Assembly: GCA_040754915.1 (NCBI GenBank)
Contig: JBFMCB010000001.1
Coordinates: forward strand, 4,443 to 68,442
Source of the DNA: Chloroflexota bacterium
GTDB lineage: Bacteria > Chloroflexota > DTOL01 > JACQYG01
Reading direction: 5' to 3'
Length of the DNA: 64,000 bases
The first letter of the stretch is position 1; each line of letters starts with the position of its first letter. Position numbers and translations under genes: made by a program. The notes below the pieces were generated by a model that saw only the letters and a list, made by a program, of their open reading frames with translations, ran no database searches and was not told where the DNA came from. Below are positions 27,091 to 35,864 of the stretch, piece by piece.

Positions 27091-28526
27091 GGCACGTTCG
27101 TGTTTTCTGTAGCCTCGTGTTGCGCTCGGCCGAATCTGGTGATCGCCACGGCCAGCCCCGTATAAAGCCAGAACATACCGACGGTATGGGGAAATTGCAG
27201 ATTGAAGAAGTAGTGGTCGAAGATGCCTGCCACCATGGCACCCACCAGGGCGGCGGTGAGGCCCAAAAGGGTGTTTTGCAAAGCCTGATCCGTCACCTGG
27301 CCCAGGCAGCGCCAGACATGGACGAAGAAAAGGCCCACCACTGAGAGGAAAACGCCCAGCCCGATGAGGCCCATCTCCTCGGCGATCAGAAGATACACAT
27401 TGGAGACCCCACGATACACATCAACAGAGGGAGCCTCGCCGAAGCCGATGCCAAATAAAGGATACCTGGAGATCAACGTCAGCGCGTCCCGATATTCCCC
27501 AAGGCGCATGGCCGCTGCCCGGTCCTCGAACTTGACCCCGGAAACGAGATGGCCAACGAAGATGTCCGCCTGGGGCAGGAGAAGCAGCATTGCCGTAAAG
27601 ATCAGGAGAAGCAGCCATAATCGCCGGTACTTCACGGTGGCGATGAACAAGAGGGCCGCGGCCAGCCCTACCCAGGAGCCGCGAGAATAGGTGAGGAGCA
27701 GGCAGATCACCATGGCCGTTCCCATGGGGACCAGGAGCCAACGGTTAACGGCTGGCTTCGGGGATAGAAGCTGGCTCGTGGCCAGGGTAGTCACCAATAC
27801 CAGTAAACCGCCCAAGACGTTGGGGTCAATGGATGTGGAGATGGCCCGCATGGGCAGGTTCGGGTCGTCGTTGATGAATCTCAATACTGAACCGCTGGGA
27901 TAGTTAAAAACCCGCAGGCTGGATAGCAAGGCGATGGCCGTGGTACGAGGAAGGAAATAAAGGACGATGCCAATGGTCGCCGCCGCGAAGCCACCGAGTA
28001 TGGCCAAGCGGACGATGCGCTCCAACTGCCCCTGGTTCTTTACATTGTTCACCACGCCGAAGTACAAGGAAACAGCCATCACGATCTCGACGAAGTGGCG
28101 CACCGTCTCCTGGGAAAACGAATAAGCGGAGCCCAGTACAAAAGACACAAAAGCCAGACCCAGGAAGACGATGAGCGGGACGTCCAAGGGAGTGCTGGCC
28201 AGCTTCTCCTCCGGCTCCGCCAGCAGGCGCAGAAGCCAGACCCCGAAGAAGAGCAGCATGGTCAGGTCCAGGAAAGTGGGTGTGAAGCCGATCTTCACTG
28301 GCAGCGCGGCGAAGGGTAATAGACAGGCAATAGCCACGAAGCCGAAGAGGCCCCACTGGGCGCTAGTGAGCGCCAGCAGGCCCCCAATTAGTGCCAAGAG
28401 GGCGGCGAAAACGAACCAGGGAGAGGTGGAAGCCACCAGGACACCCAGGCCCAGGCCCAGGGCAATCGCTGAAGCGATCCAGACCGCCACGGCGATCTTG
28501 CGATTGGAGAGGACATTCAATGCCAT
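27087..28526 (-). CDS. O-antigen ligase / polymerase family membrane protein (Wzy_C-like)
   Basis: 479 aa, 10-12 hydrophobic helices, large periplasmic loop near the C-terminal third; overlaps neighbours by 4 and 10 nt (operon). Confidence 0.7.
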   Translation of the reverse strand: MALNVLSNRKIAVAVWIASAIALGLGLGVLVASTSPWFVFAALLALIGGLLALTSAQWGLFGFVAIACLLPFAALPVKIGFTPTFLDLTMLLFFGVWLLRLLAEPEEKLASTPLDVPLIVFLGLAFVSFVLGSAYSFSQETVRHFVEIVMAVSLYFGVVNNVKNQGQLERIVRLAILGGFAAATIGIVLYFLPRTTAIALLSSLRVFNYPSGSVLRFINDDPNLPMRAISTSIDPNVLGGLLVLVTTLATSQLLSPKPAVNRWLLVPMGTAMVICLLLTYSRGSWVGLAAALLFIATVKYRRLWLLLLIFTAMLLLLPQADIFVGHLVSGVKFEDRAAAMRLGEYRDALTLISRYPLFGIGFGEAPSVDVYRGVSNVYLLIAEEMGLIGLGVFLSVVGLFFVHVWRCLGQVTDQALQNTLLGLTAALVGAMVAGIFDHYFFNLQFPHTVGMFWLYTGLAVAITRFGRAQHEATENTNVP

Positions 28527-29746
28527 GGCACTCCTGGATCGGTCTGGCCCATGATCGCTTCGTAGGCTTTCACCGACAGTCGGGCGATGTTGTCCCAGGT
28601 GAAGGCTTTGGCCAGGTGGCTGGCGCCTGAACCGAGCCTGGTGGATAGACTTGCCGAGCCGACCAATGCCTCCACTGCCTCGGCGATCTGGCCCGGGGAG
28701 CCCGGCGGCACCAGAAAGGCGTTCTCGCCATGAACGAGTTCAGGGAGACCGCCCGGACAAGGACGCCATGGTCCTGGAGGCGTCGTAGTGATGACCGGCA
28801 GGCCGTGAGCCAGGGCCGCCATCAGGCTCCCTCGCCTGAATGATGCACCGTCCCGATAAGGCAATACGCACAGGTCCGAGGCTAACAGGTTCGCCGTAAC
28901 CTCCTCTGGGGAGGTGTATCCCGTCCAACACACGTAGTCCCCCAAACCCAACGCCTCGATGAGGCCCTCTATTTTCTGTAAATAAGCTACGTTGGTTGGA
29001 TCGCTGTCCCCAACCTGCCCGCCCACCATGATTAACTTGACCGCCTGGCCCTTCTGGCGCAAGATCGCCATGGCCTTAACCAGGTCCTCGCCGCCTTTGC
29101 TCGAGTTCAGGAAGCCAAAGTATGAGATCAGCGTCTCGCCCTCAGTCACCGCCAGTTTCTCCCGCCAGGCGGCGCGGTCGTAGCCGGGTGGAGGTGAGGG
29201 CCTGATGTTGCTGCCAATGGGGATCAGCCTGACCGGATGTCGCGTATGATACTCTGCCGCTTTAACATAGTCACCCTGGTTGGTCACGATGGCCAGGTCG
29301 GCGCTTCGAGCCAACTCCCGGTTCACCCACTCCCTCATGGGGCCCGCCCCCTTGAAGAGAAAGGGCACCAGGAGATCGTGAAAAGTAACCGCCACTTTAA
29401 ACGGGGCGCGCTGGAAAGAAAGCCACCGGGGCAGGAAATTGATCGCCGGGTGCATGCCGTAGGCGGCGGTCTGATACTGGATGTGCAACACTTGCGGGGC
29501 CCACTCCCGCGCAATCTGATAAATCAACCCCCAGCTTCGCCAGTCCCAGACCGAGACCCGCGCGTAGACTAGTGGCTTGATCCTGGCGACCGCTGCCGGC
29601 TGGCTATCCTGAACCCGGCCAGAGGTTACAACGGCAACCTGGACGCCTTGTTCCATTAGGGTCCGGCTCAATTCCCTGGTGTAGTCGCCCATACCCCCCT
29701 GCATGGGCGGATACTCGCCGGTGACGAAGCAGACCCTCATGCTCAT
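28517..29746 (-). CDS. glycosyltransferase family 4 protein
   Basis: Start MSMRVCFVTGEYPPMQGGMGDYTRELSRTL (GT4 N-domain), C-terminal ...GLPVITT...E.V..GENAFLV.PG; ATGA overlap with the upstream GT2 stop. Confidence 0.8.
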   Translation of the reverse strand: MSMRVCFVTGEYPPMQGGMGDYTRELSRTLMEQGVQVAVVTSGRVQDSQPAAVARIKPLVYARVSVWDWRSWGLIYQIAREWAPQVLHIQYQTAAYGMHPAINFLPRWLSFQRAPFKVAVTFHDLLVPFLFKGAGPMREWVNRELARSADLAIVTNQGDYVKAAEYHTRHPVRLIPIGSNIRPSPPPGYDRAAWREKLAVTEGETLISYFGFLNSSKGGEDLVKAMAILRQKGQAVKLIMVGGQVGDSDPTNVAYLQKIEGLIEALGLGDYVCWTGYTSPEEVTANLLASDLCVLPYRDGASFRRGSLMAALAHGLPVITTTPPGPWRPCPGGLPELVHGENAFLVPPGSPGQIAEAVEALVGSASLSTRLGSGASHLAKAFTWDNIARLSVKAYEAIMGQTDPGVPWH

Positions 29747-30756
29747 GGTGTCTTCAACCCTGAACGCAACACGGCCAGATAGGCGCCCATGCGCTCTCGC
29801 CGCAGCCGGCGCTTGTGGCCCAGGAGCCATTTTGCCGATTCCACCAGAAGCTGGATCACAAACGTGCAGAGAAGGAAGGCTCGCAACGCCTCACCCTGCC
29901 AGCGGCCGAAGTGCTTACGGAAATAGTGCACCTTGCTGGAATTGAAGTAGATATGCCGGGAGGCCACGGCCTGCTCGCTGCTCTTGCCTTCGTGGTGGAT
30001 CACCTGAGCCGTGGGGAGATACACCACTTTCCACCCTTTTCGTTTGATCCGATAGCACCAGTCCATCTCTTCCGAGTACATAAAGAAGTGCTCATCCAAG
30101 GAGCCAACCTCTTCCACCACCTGCCGTTTGACCATCAGGCAAGCGCCGACCAGCCAGTCTACTTCCTGGGGCAGGTCCTCGGGCACGTCTCGGACATAAT
30201 AACGGCTCAGGAGGCGGCGCTGCGAGCACCAGGGCTGGACGATGGTGCTCTCTACAAAGGCCGTGGCCAGGGTGGGAAATCGGCGTCGGGAGGGCTGCAC
30301 AGAGCCATCGGCATTGAGTAGCTGAGGGCCCAGAACTCCCACCTCAGGATGGGCCTCCATGTAGCCAACCATTCTCGCCAAAGCATCTCCCAGGACCTCG
30401 GTGTCGGAGTTGAGCAAAAGGATGAATCGTCCCTGGCTCTTGGCGATGGCCTGGTTGTTGGCCCGGGCAAAGCCAGCGTTGGTGGGGTTGGCGATCAGTT
30501 GCACCTGCGGATGGCTTTCCCTCACCAGTTGAGCGCTGCCGTCAGTGGAGGCGTTATCGACGACGATGACCTCGATAGTCAAAGGTCGACAAGCGGTGGA
30601 AGACACCCCAAGGGGCCTCTGGCCCCTTGGTGACTCCAGAGGAGATGTCCCGAGTTTTTCGACCTTTTGGGAGAGGCTGGCGTAGATGGATCGTAGGCAT
30701 CTGTCCAGCAGAGGGGCCACGTTCCAACTGACGATGGCTACGGAGAGATCGACCAT
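29743..30756 (-). CDS. glycosyltransferase family 2 protein
   Basis: Start at ATG 30756 (MVDLSVAIVSWNVAPLLDRCLRSI...); VVDNASTDGS...ANPTNAGFARANNQAI...LLLNSDTEV are GT2 DXD-region motifs; 10 nt downstream of the polyprenyl synthase stop. Confidence 0.8.
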   Translation of the reverse strand: MVDLSVAIVSWNVAPLLDRCLRSIYASLSQKVEKLGTSPLESPRGQRPLGVSSTACRPLTIEVIVVDNASTDGSAQLVRESHPQVQLIANPTNAGFARANNQAIAKSQGRFILLLNSDTEVLGDALARMVGYMEAHPEVGVLGPQLLNADGSVQPSRRRFPTLATAFVESTIVQPWCSQRRLLSRYYVRDVPEDLPQEVDWLVGACLMVKRQVVEEVGSLDEHFFMYSEEMDWCYRIKRKGWKVVYLPTAQVIHHEGKSSEQAVASRHIYFNSSKVHYFRKHFGRWQGEALRAFLLCTFVIQLLVESAKWLLGHKRRLRRERMGAYLAVLRSGLKTP

Positions 30757-30766
30757 TCTCAGGGCC

Positions 30767-31792
30767 TTAGACCCGCCGCTCGATGACGTAGTCGGCCAGC
30801 TCCAAAAGGGTGTGGCGATATCCAGTGTCGGGCAGAGCCAGGGCGGCTTCCTTGGCTCTGGAAATGAATTCCCTGGCATTATCATAGGATAGTTCAATGG
30901 CCTTGGAGCCGATTATACATTGGACGGCGGTCTGCAGGGCATCATCCCGGCCTTTCGCATCACTAGTGTTCGCCAGGTAGTGCGACACGGGGTTGTCCCC
31001 TGGGTTGGCCCGAAGATAGTGAATGGTCGGCAGGGTGATGGTGCCCTGGCGCAGATCACTCCCCACGGGCTTGCCCAGTTCCCCTTCCGTCCCAGTGAAA
31101 TCCAGTATGTCATCGACGATTTGAAAGGCCATACCAAGATGCAAGCCGTAATCGTGCAGGGCCTGGCAGTGCGCCGGGGTTGCCCCGGCCAGAACCGCGC
31201 CGGACTTGCTGGAGGAGGCGAAAAGAGAGGCGGTCTTGCTGAATATCCGCTCCAGGTATTCGGAGATCGTCGGTTGGCTATTTCCAATGCTGAAGGCCTG
31301 CCTCAGTTCACCGCGGCAGATCACGCCCAGGGTCTGGGCGAATAGAGAGGCCACCTCGGTGGATTCCGACTCTGCAGCCAGCTCGGCGGCCTTGGCGAAG
31401 AGGTAGTCACCCACCAGGACCACCACCCCGCCGTGCCATCTGGTGTTCATGGTGGGGTTGCCGCGGCGCAGGAGAGAATTATCGATCAGGTCGTCGTGCA
31501 CCAGGGTAGCCGTATGCAGGGTTTCCACCGCCGCGGCCAGAGGTATCAGGCGGGAGCGGTCATAGGTGCCAAAGTGGCCGGCCAATAGCACCAGGGCCGG
31601 ACGGAGCCTTTTGCCGCCGCTTCGGAACAGGTCGGCCAGCATGGTCGCCAGGATAGGAAATTCCACCTGCGCGATCTGGTGCAGGCGTTGCTCCACGCGT
31701 TGCAGGTCCTCAGTAACGGCGCCCAAGATGGTTAGCGTCTTCAAATTCGGCCTTTCCTCAGCTATGGTTGAAGTCGAAGAGGAGCTTGGCAT
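30767..31792 (-). CDS. polyprenyl diphosphate synthase (trans-isoprenyl diphosphate synthase, IspB-like)
   Basis: First DDxxD (LVHDDLIDNSLLRRG) and second DDxxD (QIVDDILDFTG) motifs. Start could alternatively be TTG 31744, coupled to the tatD stop, instead of ATG 31792, which overlaps tatD by 35 nt. Confidence 0.8.
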   Translation of the reverse strand: MPSSSSTSTIAEERPNLKTLTILGAVTEDLQRVEQRLHQIAQVEFPILATMLADLFRSGGKRLRPALVLLAGHFGTYDRSRLIPLAAAVETLHTATLVHDDLIDNSLLRRGNPTMNTRWHGGVVVLVGDYLFAKAAELAAESESTEVASLFAQTLGVICRGELRQAFSIGNSQPTISEYLERIFSKTASLFASSSKSGAVLAGATPAHCQALHDYGLHLGMAFQIVDDILDFTGTEGELGKPVGSDLRQGTITLPTIHYLRANPGDNPVSHYLANTSDAKGRDDALQTAVQCIIGSKAIELSYDNAREFISRAKEAALALPDTGYRHTLLELADYVIERRV

Positions 31793-32567
31793 TTATGGTG
31801 GTTTGTTTGCGCACGATCGCCGGGCTTAAGTTGCGCAGCTCTGCCACCTGGTCGGCCACGTAACGGACATAGGCCGGTTCATTGCGCTGGCCCCGGTGGG
31901 GCTCCGGGGCCAGGAATGGGCAATCGGTCTCTAGCAGCAGCCTATCCAGGGGGATCTTCTGCGCCATGTCTTTAGTCGCCCGGGCATTGGCGAAGGTCAC
32001 CGGGCCCGCCAGCGAGATGAAAAACCCCATTTCCACCACTCGCTGGGCCATGGCCAGGTCCCCGGAGAAACAGTGCAGGACCCCTACAGGTTTGGCCGGG
32101 CCTCTGGTGTTAGCCTGCGACTGGGGCAGCCACTCGGCGAACGTAGACATAACATCTGAGTGGGCGGCGCGGTCGTGGATGATCACCGGCAGCCCCATCT
32201 GGCTTGCCAGTTCCAACTGCTGCCGGAAAGCCGCGAGCTGGGCTTTGCGGGGAGAGAGGTTCCGATAAAAGTCCAGGCCGATCTCTCCCACTGCCACCAC
32301 CCTGGGATGGCGGCACAGCTCTCGCAGGCTGGCGATGGCCGCCCAGTTCATGGACTTGGCCTCGTGAGGGTGCACCCCCACTGCGGCACGAACGCTCGCA
32401 AACCTTTCGGCGATGCCGATGGCTTTTCGGCTGGTGGGCAAGTCTACCCCCACGGTGACTATGCCCTGGATACCAGCCTGGCCGGCTCTCTCGATCACAC
32501 TTTCCAGGTCATGGGCGTACTCATCTGAATCTAGGTGAGCATGTGTATCTATCAGTTGAGACATCAC
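31758..32567 (-). CDS. tatD: TatD family metal-dependent DNase/hydrolase
   Basis: MMSQLIDTHAHLD...VAVGEIGLDFYRN...PVIIHDR...VLHCFSG...ETDCPFLAP. Confidence 0.85.
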   Translation of the reverse strand: MMSQLIDTHAHLDSDEYAHDLESVIERAGQAGIQGIVTVGVDLPTSRKAIGIAERFASVRAAVGVHPHEAKSMNWAAIASLRELCRHPRVVAVGEIGLDFYRNLSPRKAQLAAFRQQLELASQMGLPVIIHDRAAHSDVMSTFAEWLPQSQANTRGPAKPVGVLHCFSGDLAMAQRVVEMGFFISLAGPVTFANARATKDMAQKIPLDRLLLETDCPFLAPEPHRGQRNEPAYVRYVADQVAELRNLSPAIVRKQTTINAKLLFDFNHS

Positions 32568-32630
32568 AAGCCAGGCCCGCTGTTCCCGTGCCTAGATAGA
32601 AACCTGGTTTCTGGCCAAAGTGGCCGGCGG

Positions 32631-34292
32631 TTACTTCCCCAGCCTGGCCACCTCCTCTTCGGCCAGGGTCTCGTCTAGCTTCTTGAACAGCGGTGTGGGG
32701 TCGCGCAAGACCTGCCCCGCGGGCAATTCACTCCACCGCCAGTCCCCTGGGCCGATCGGTTCGTTGTACCCCAGATAACCCTGGAGCCTCTGAGAGCTGA
32801 AGGGCAGAAAGGGGTAGAACAGGAGCTTCAGCGCGTTGATCACCTGGAGGGCCACGAACAGGCTCGTGGCAGCGGCAGGACGATCGGCCTTGATCTGTTT
32901 CCAGGGAGCCCTGGCGTCCAGGTAGCGGTTGGCCTCCTGGGCCAGCCCCATGATCTCGCGGAGGGCGGCCTTGAACTGGCAGCCGGCCAGGAGTCCATCC
33001 ACTACCGTGAGAGTGGCCCGGGCCCGGTCCAGCATGGCCTTATCCGCCTCCTCCAGATTGGCTGGCTTAGGGACCTGGCGATCGAAATTCCGATAGGTGA
33101 AGGTCAGGACCCGGTGAACCAGGTTGCCGTAGGTGGCCACCAGTTCGTCGTTGTTGCGCCGGACGAATTCCCGCCAGGTGAAGTCGGAGTCGCTGGTCTC
33201 CGGGGCATTTGCCGCCAGATAGTAGCGCAGCGGATCGGGTTCGTACCGGGACAGATAATCAGGGATCCAAACCCCCCAATGTCGGCTCTTGGAGATCTTC
33301 TGTCCCTCCAGGTTCAAAAACTCGTTAGCTGGCACGTCGTACGGCAGATTGTAATCCCCATGCCCCATGAGCATGGCTGGCCAGATTACGGTGTGGAAGA
33401 AAATGTTATCTTTGCCGATGAAATAGTAGGTCTTTGCCTCTTGCTGCCACCACTCCCGCCATTTCTCCGGCTGCCCTTGGCGCTGGGCCCACTCGATGCT
33501 GGCCGACAGGTAGCCGATCACCGCCTCGAACCAAACGTAGATGCGCTTGCTCTCGAAACCGGGAAGCGGCACAGAAATGCCCCAATCGATGTCCCGGGTT
33601 ATGGGTCGGCTGCGGAGCCCGGAATTCAATATGTTGAGCGTGAAAGCACGCACGTTGGGCCGCCAGTGGGCCTGCCGATCCACCCAGGCGCGCAGCCTAG
33701 CCTCGAAGGCCCCCAGATCCAGGAAGAAATGCTCGGTGTCGCGGATCTCGGGGGTGTGGCCGCAGAAGCGGCAATGAGGCTCCAGGAGATCTATGGAGTT
33801 GAGCGGCTTGCCGCAAACATCGCACTGATCGCCGCGAGCGCCTGGAGCCCCGCAATAGGGACACTTCCCTTCCACGTAGCGATCGGGCAGGTAACGGTGA
33901 CAACGCTCGCAGTAGAGAGATTGCATCACCTCTTTGTGAATGTAGCCCTTGTTCAAGAGTGTCAGGAAGATGTCGTGGGCGACTTGCTTATGGTTTTCGG
34001 TTTCAGTCTTGGTGAACAGGTCATAGCTGATCCCCAGTTTCTGCCAGGATTCCAGGAAGCTCTCGTGGTAGAACTCGGCCACCTCTTTGGGTGACCTGCC
34101 TTCCTGCTCGGCGGTCACGGTGATCGGCGTGCCGTGTTGGTCGCTGCCGGAGACCATGAGCACCAGGTTGCCCTTGGCCCGGTGATAGCGGCCAAAGACG
34201 TCGGCCGGAAGGTACGCGCCGGCGATGCCGCCGGCATGAAGGTACCCAGCGGCGTAGGGCCAGGCCACGCAGACCAGTATATGCTCTGGCAT
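32631..34292 (-). CDS. metG: methionine--tRNA ligase
   Basis: Start at ATG 34292 (MPEHILVCVAWPYAAGYLHAGGIAG = HIGH region), KISKSRHWGV = KMSKS, Cys-rich zinc knuckles (CERCHRYL...CPYCG...CDVCG). The track's 27-codon 5' extension is translation of a palindromic repeat and is rejected. Confidence 0.9.
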   Translation of the reverse strand: MPEHILVCVAWPYAAGYLHAGGIAGAYLPADVFGRYHRAKGNLVLMVSGSDQHGTPITVTAEQEGRSPKEVAEFYHESFLESWQKLGISYDLFTKTETENHKQVAHDIFLTLLNKGYIHKEVMQSLYCERCHRYLPDRYVEGKCPYCGAPGARGDQCDVCGKPLNSIDLLEPHCRFCGHTPEIRDTEHFFLDLGAFEARLRAWVDRQAHWRPNVRAFTLNILNSGLRSRPITRDIDWGISVPLPGFESKRIYVWFEAVIGYLSASIEWAQRQGQPEKWREWWQQEAKTYYFIGKDNIFFHTVIWPAMLMGHGDYNLPYDVPANEFLNLEGQKISKSRHWGVWIPDYLSRYEPDPLRYYLAANAPETSDSDFTWREFVRRNNDELVATYGNLVHRVLTFTYRNFDRQVPKPANLEEADKAMLDRARATLTVVDGLLAGCQFKAALREIMGLAQEANRYLDARAPWKQIKADRPAAATSLFVALQVINALKLLFYPFLPFSSQRLQGYLGYNEPIGPGDWRWSELPAGQVLRDPTPLFKKLDETLAEEEVARLGK

Positions 34293-34306
34293 TTCAACTC
34301 CAGTTA

Positions 34307-34329
34307 GGTTCAGGAGTTCAACTCCTGAA
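34307..34329. repeat. 23-bp perfect palindrome GTTCAGGAGTT-C-AACTCCTGAAC (variant of the CCGGAGTT-N-AACTCCGG family) in the metG 5' region
   Basis: Read directly; flanked by partial outer symmetry (caactccag...aacaactccagg). Confidence 0.65.
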
Positions 34330-34399
34330 CAACTCCAGGCATGGTCATGAAACCCTTGCCCCAGATGGCGCATATTCTATCACAAACCAGTAAAAAACT

Positions 34400-35260
34400 C
34401 TAACCGCCTGGCGGCCGCTTCTCCGGGTGTTTCTCTCTCCGGCTTGACCAGACCCGGTATACATCTCTCTTGGATCGCCCCGATTCCCGGGCTACCTGGG
34501 CGGTGGCCGTCTTGCGGTCCAGGCCCGAGGCCTGCAGGTGGGCCAGGCGCTCCTGGAGTTCCTGGTCGGTGGTGGTCACCGAGTCCTCCTCTCGGGCCCC
34601 TTCGATCACCAGCGTGAACTCTCCCCGGGGCCTGGTCGTGGCAAAGTGGGCCACTTCTTCGGAGATGGTGCTACGCCGGATCTCCTCGTAAACCTTGGTG
34701 AGCTCTCGAGCAACCACGATCCTCCGGTTGCCCCAGGCCTCCCGCATCGCCTGCAAGCTGGACTCAAGACGGTGGGGTGCCTCAAACACCACCAGGGTCC
34801 TCTTCTCGTGGGCAACTGATTTCAGGAACCCCTCCCTTTTCCTAGCCTGGCGAGGGAGGTAGCCAAGGTAGACGAATTGGTCCGTGGGCAGACCGGATAC
34901 AGCCAGGGCGCTGATCAGGGCCGAGGGCCCGGGGACCGGGACCACCGGTATGCCCCGGGCAATGACCGCAGAAACCAGCTCAAAACCGGGGTCGGAAATG
35001 CCTGGCATTCCCGCATCCGACACCAGGGCCACGTCCATGCCGTCTTGGAGCACAGACAGGATCTGGCTCAGCTTGCTCAGCTTGTTGTGTTCGTGGTAAC
35101 TGGTGACCGCTGTGGCAATCCCGTGCCGGGACAGTAGGAGCCTGGTCCTCCTGGTATCCTCGGCGGCGATAAGCCTCACCTCCCGGAGCACCCGGAGGGC
35201 CCGCAGGGTGATGTCCTCTAGGTTGCCGATAGGTGTGCCGACCACAAAGAGGGTGGACAT
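34400..35260 (-). CDS. rsmI: 16S rRNA (cytidine1402-2'-O)-methyltransferase RsmI
   Basis: MSTLFVVGTPIGNLEDITLRALRVLREVRLIAAEDTRRTRLLL... tetrapyrrole-methylase fold; classic tatD-metG-rsmI neighbourhood. Confidence 0.85.
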   Translation of the reverse strand: MSTLFVVGTPIGNLEDITLRALRVLREVRLIAAEDTRRTRLLLSRHGIATAVTSYHEHNKLSKLSQILSVLQDGMDVALVSDAGMPGISDPGFELVSAVIARGIPVVPVPGPSALISALAVSGLPTDQFVYLGYLPRQARKREGFLKSVAHEKRTLVVFEAPHRLESSLQAMREAWGNRRIVVARELTKVYEEIRRSTISEEVAHFATTRPRGEFTLVIEGAREEDSVTTTDQELQERLAHLQASGLDRKTATAQVARESGRSKRDVYRVWSSRREKHPEKRPPGG

Positions 35261-35280
35261 TTTCTCTACTAGTAAAGAAA
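35261..35280. repeat. CTAG-centred palindromic motif TTTCTCTACTAGTAAAGAAA (copy 1 of 3)
   Basis: Immediately upstream of the rsmI start, in the divergent promoter region with the 35400 gene; near-identical to 55671..55690 and 57785..57802. Confidence 0.6.
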
Positions 35281-35399
35281 CGTGCTGTAGGCCAGCCCGC
35301 CGAACAATCTGGCCGGCTATTGAAAAGCGCTTGTCACCGGAAAGGCAAGACGGTATAATCTAGGCCGTATTTTAGCACAGTATCCGGCCGAATGGAAAT

Positions 35400-35864
35400 G
35401 TGATTTTTGGTACGACCCTAGGCCGAAATGGTGACACAGTGAAAATCTTCCTATCCGGCATAATTCAAGGCTCTAATCTGGGCCGGGAGCTCAACGACCA
35501 GGGTTACCGCCACGCGATCAAGGCTATCCTGCGGGCTCACTGTCCCGCGGTCGAAGTCGTCTGCCCCATGGACCTTCATCCCGATAGCGTAGACTATGCC
35601 CCGGACCTGGGGAAGGAGACGTTTCTCACCCTGGTTCAGGAAGCGAAGGCTGCTGACGCCCTCATCGCCTACCTGCCCAGTGCCAGCATGGGCACGGCCA
35701 TTGAGATCTGGGAGGCCTATCGTGCAGGCGTGCCTATCTACACTATCACCCCCATGACCACGAACTGGGTGATCAATTTCTTTTCCACCCGCGTCTTCGA
35801 GACTTTGCCGGAATTTGAATTTTTCGTTTCTCAGGGTGGGTTGGATTGGTTGGCGAGAAAATAG
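35400..35864 (+). CDS. hypothetical protein, nucleoside 2-deoxyribosyltransferase-like (flavodoxin-like) fold suspected
   Basis: 154 aa; KIFLSGIIQGS near the N-terminus and ADALIAYLPSASMGTAIEIWEAYRAGVPIYTI resemble the NDT/LOG-like pattern (KIYLAG...AD.V.A......D.GT..E.G.A.A.GKPV). Start uncertain (ATG 35400 or GTG 35439). Confidence 0.45.
   Translation: MIFGTTLGRNGDTVKIFLSGIIQGSNLGRELNDQGYRHAIKAILRAHCPAVEVVCPMDLHPDSVDYAPDLGKETFLTLVQEAKAADALIAYLPSASMGTAIEIWEAYRAGVPIYTITPMTTNWVINFFSTRVFETLPEFEFFVSQGGLDWLARK

Noticed and set aside
34293-34373. 27-codon 5' extension of metG in the track (MRHLGQGFHDHAWSCSGVELLNLTGVE...)
   Set aside because: It is the translation of the palindromic repeat at 34307-34329. 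The conserved MetG N-terminus with the HIGH motif starts at ATG 34292.
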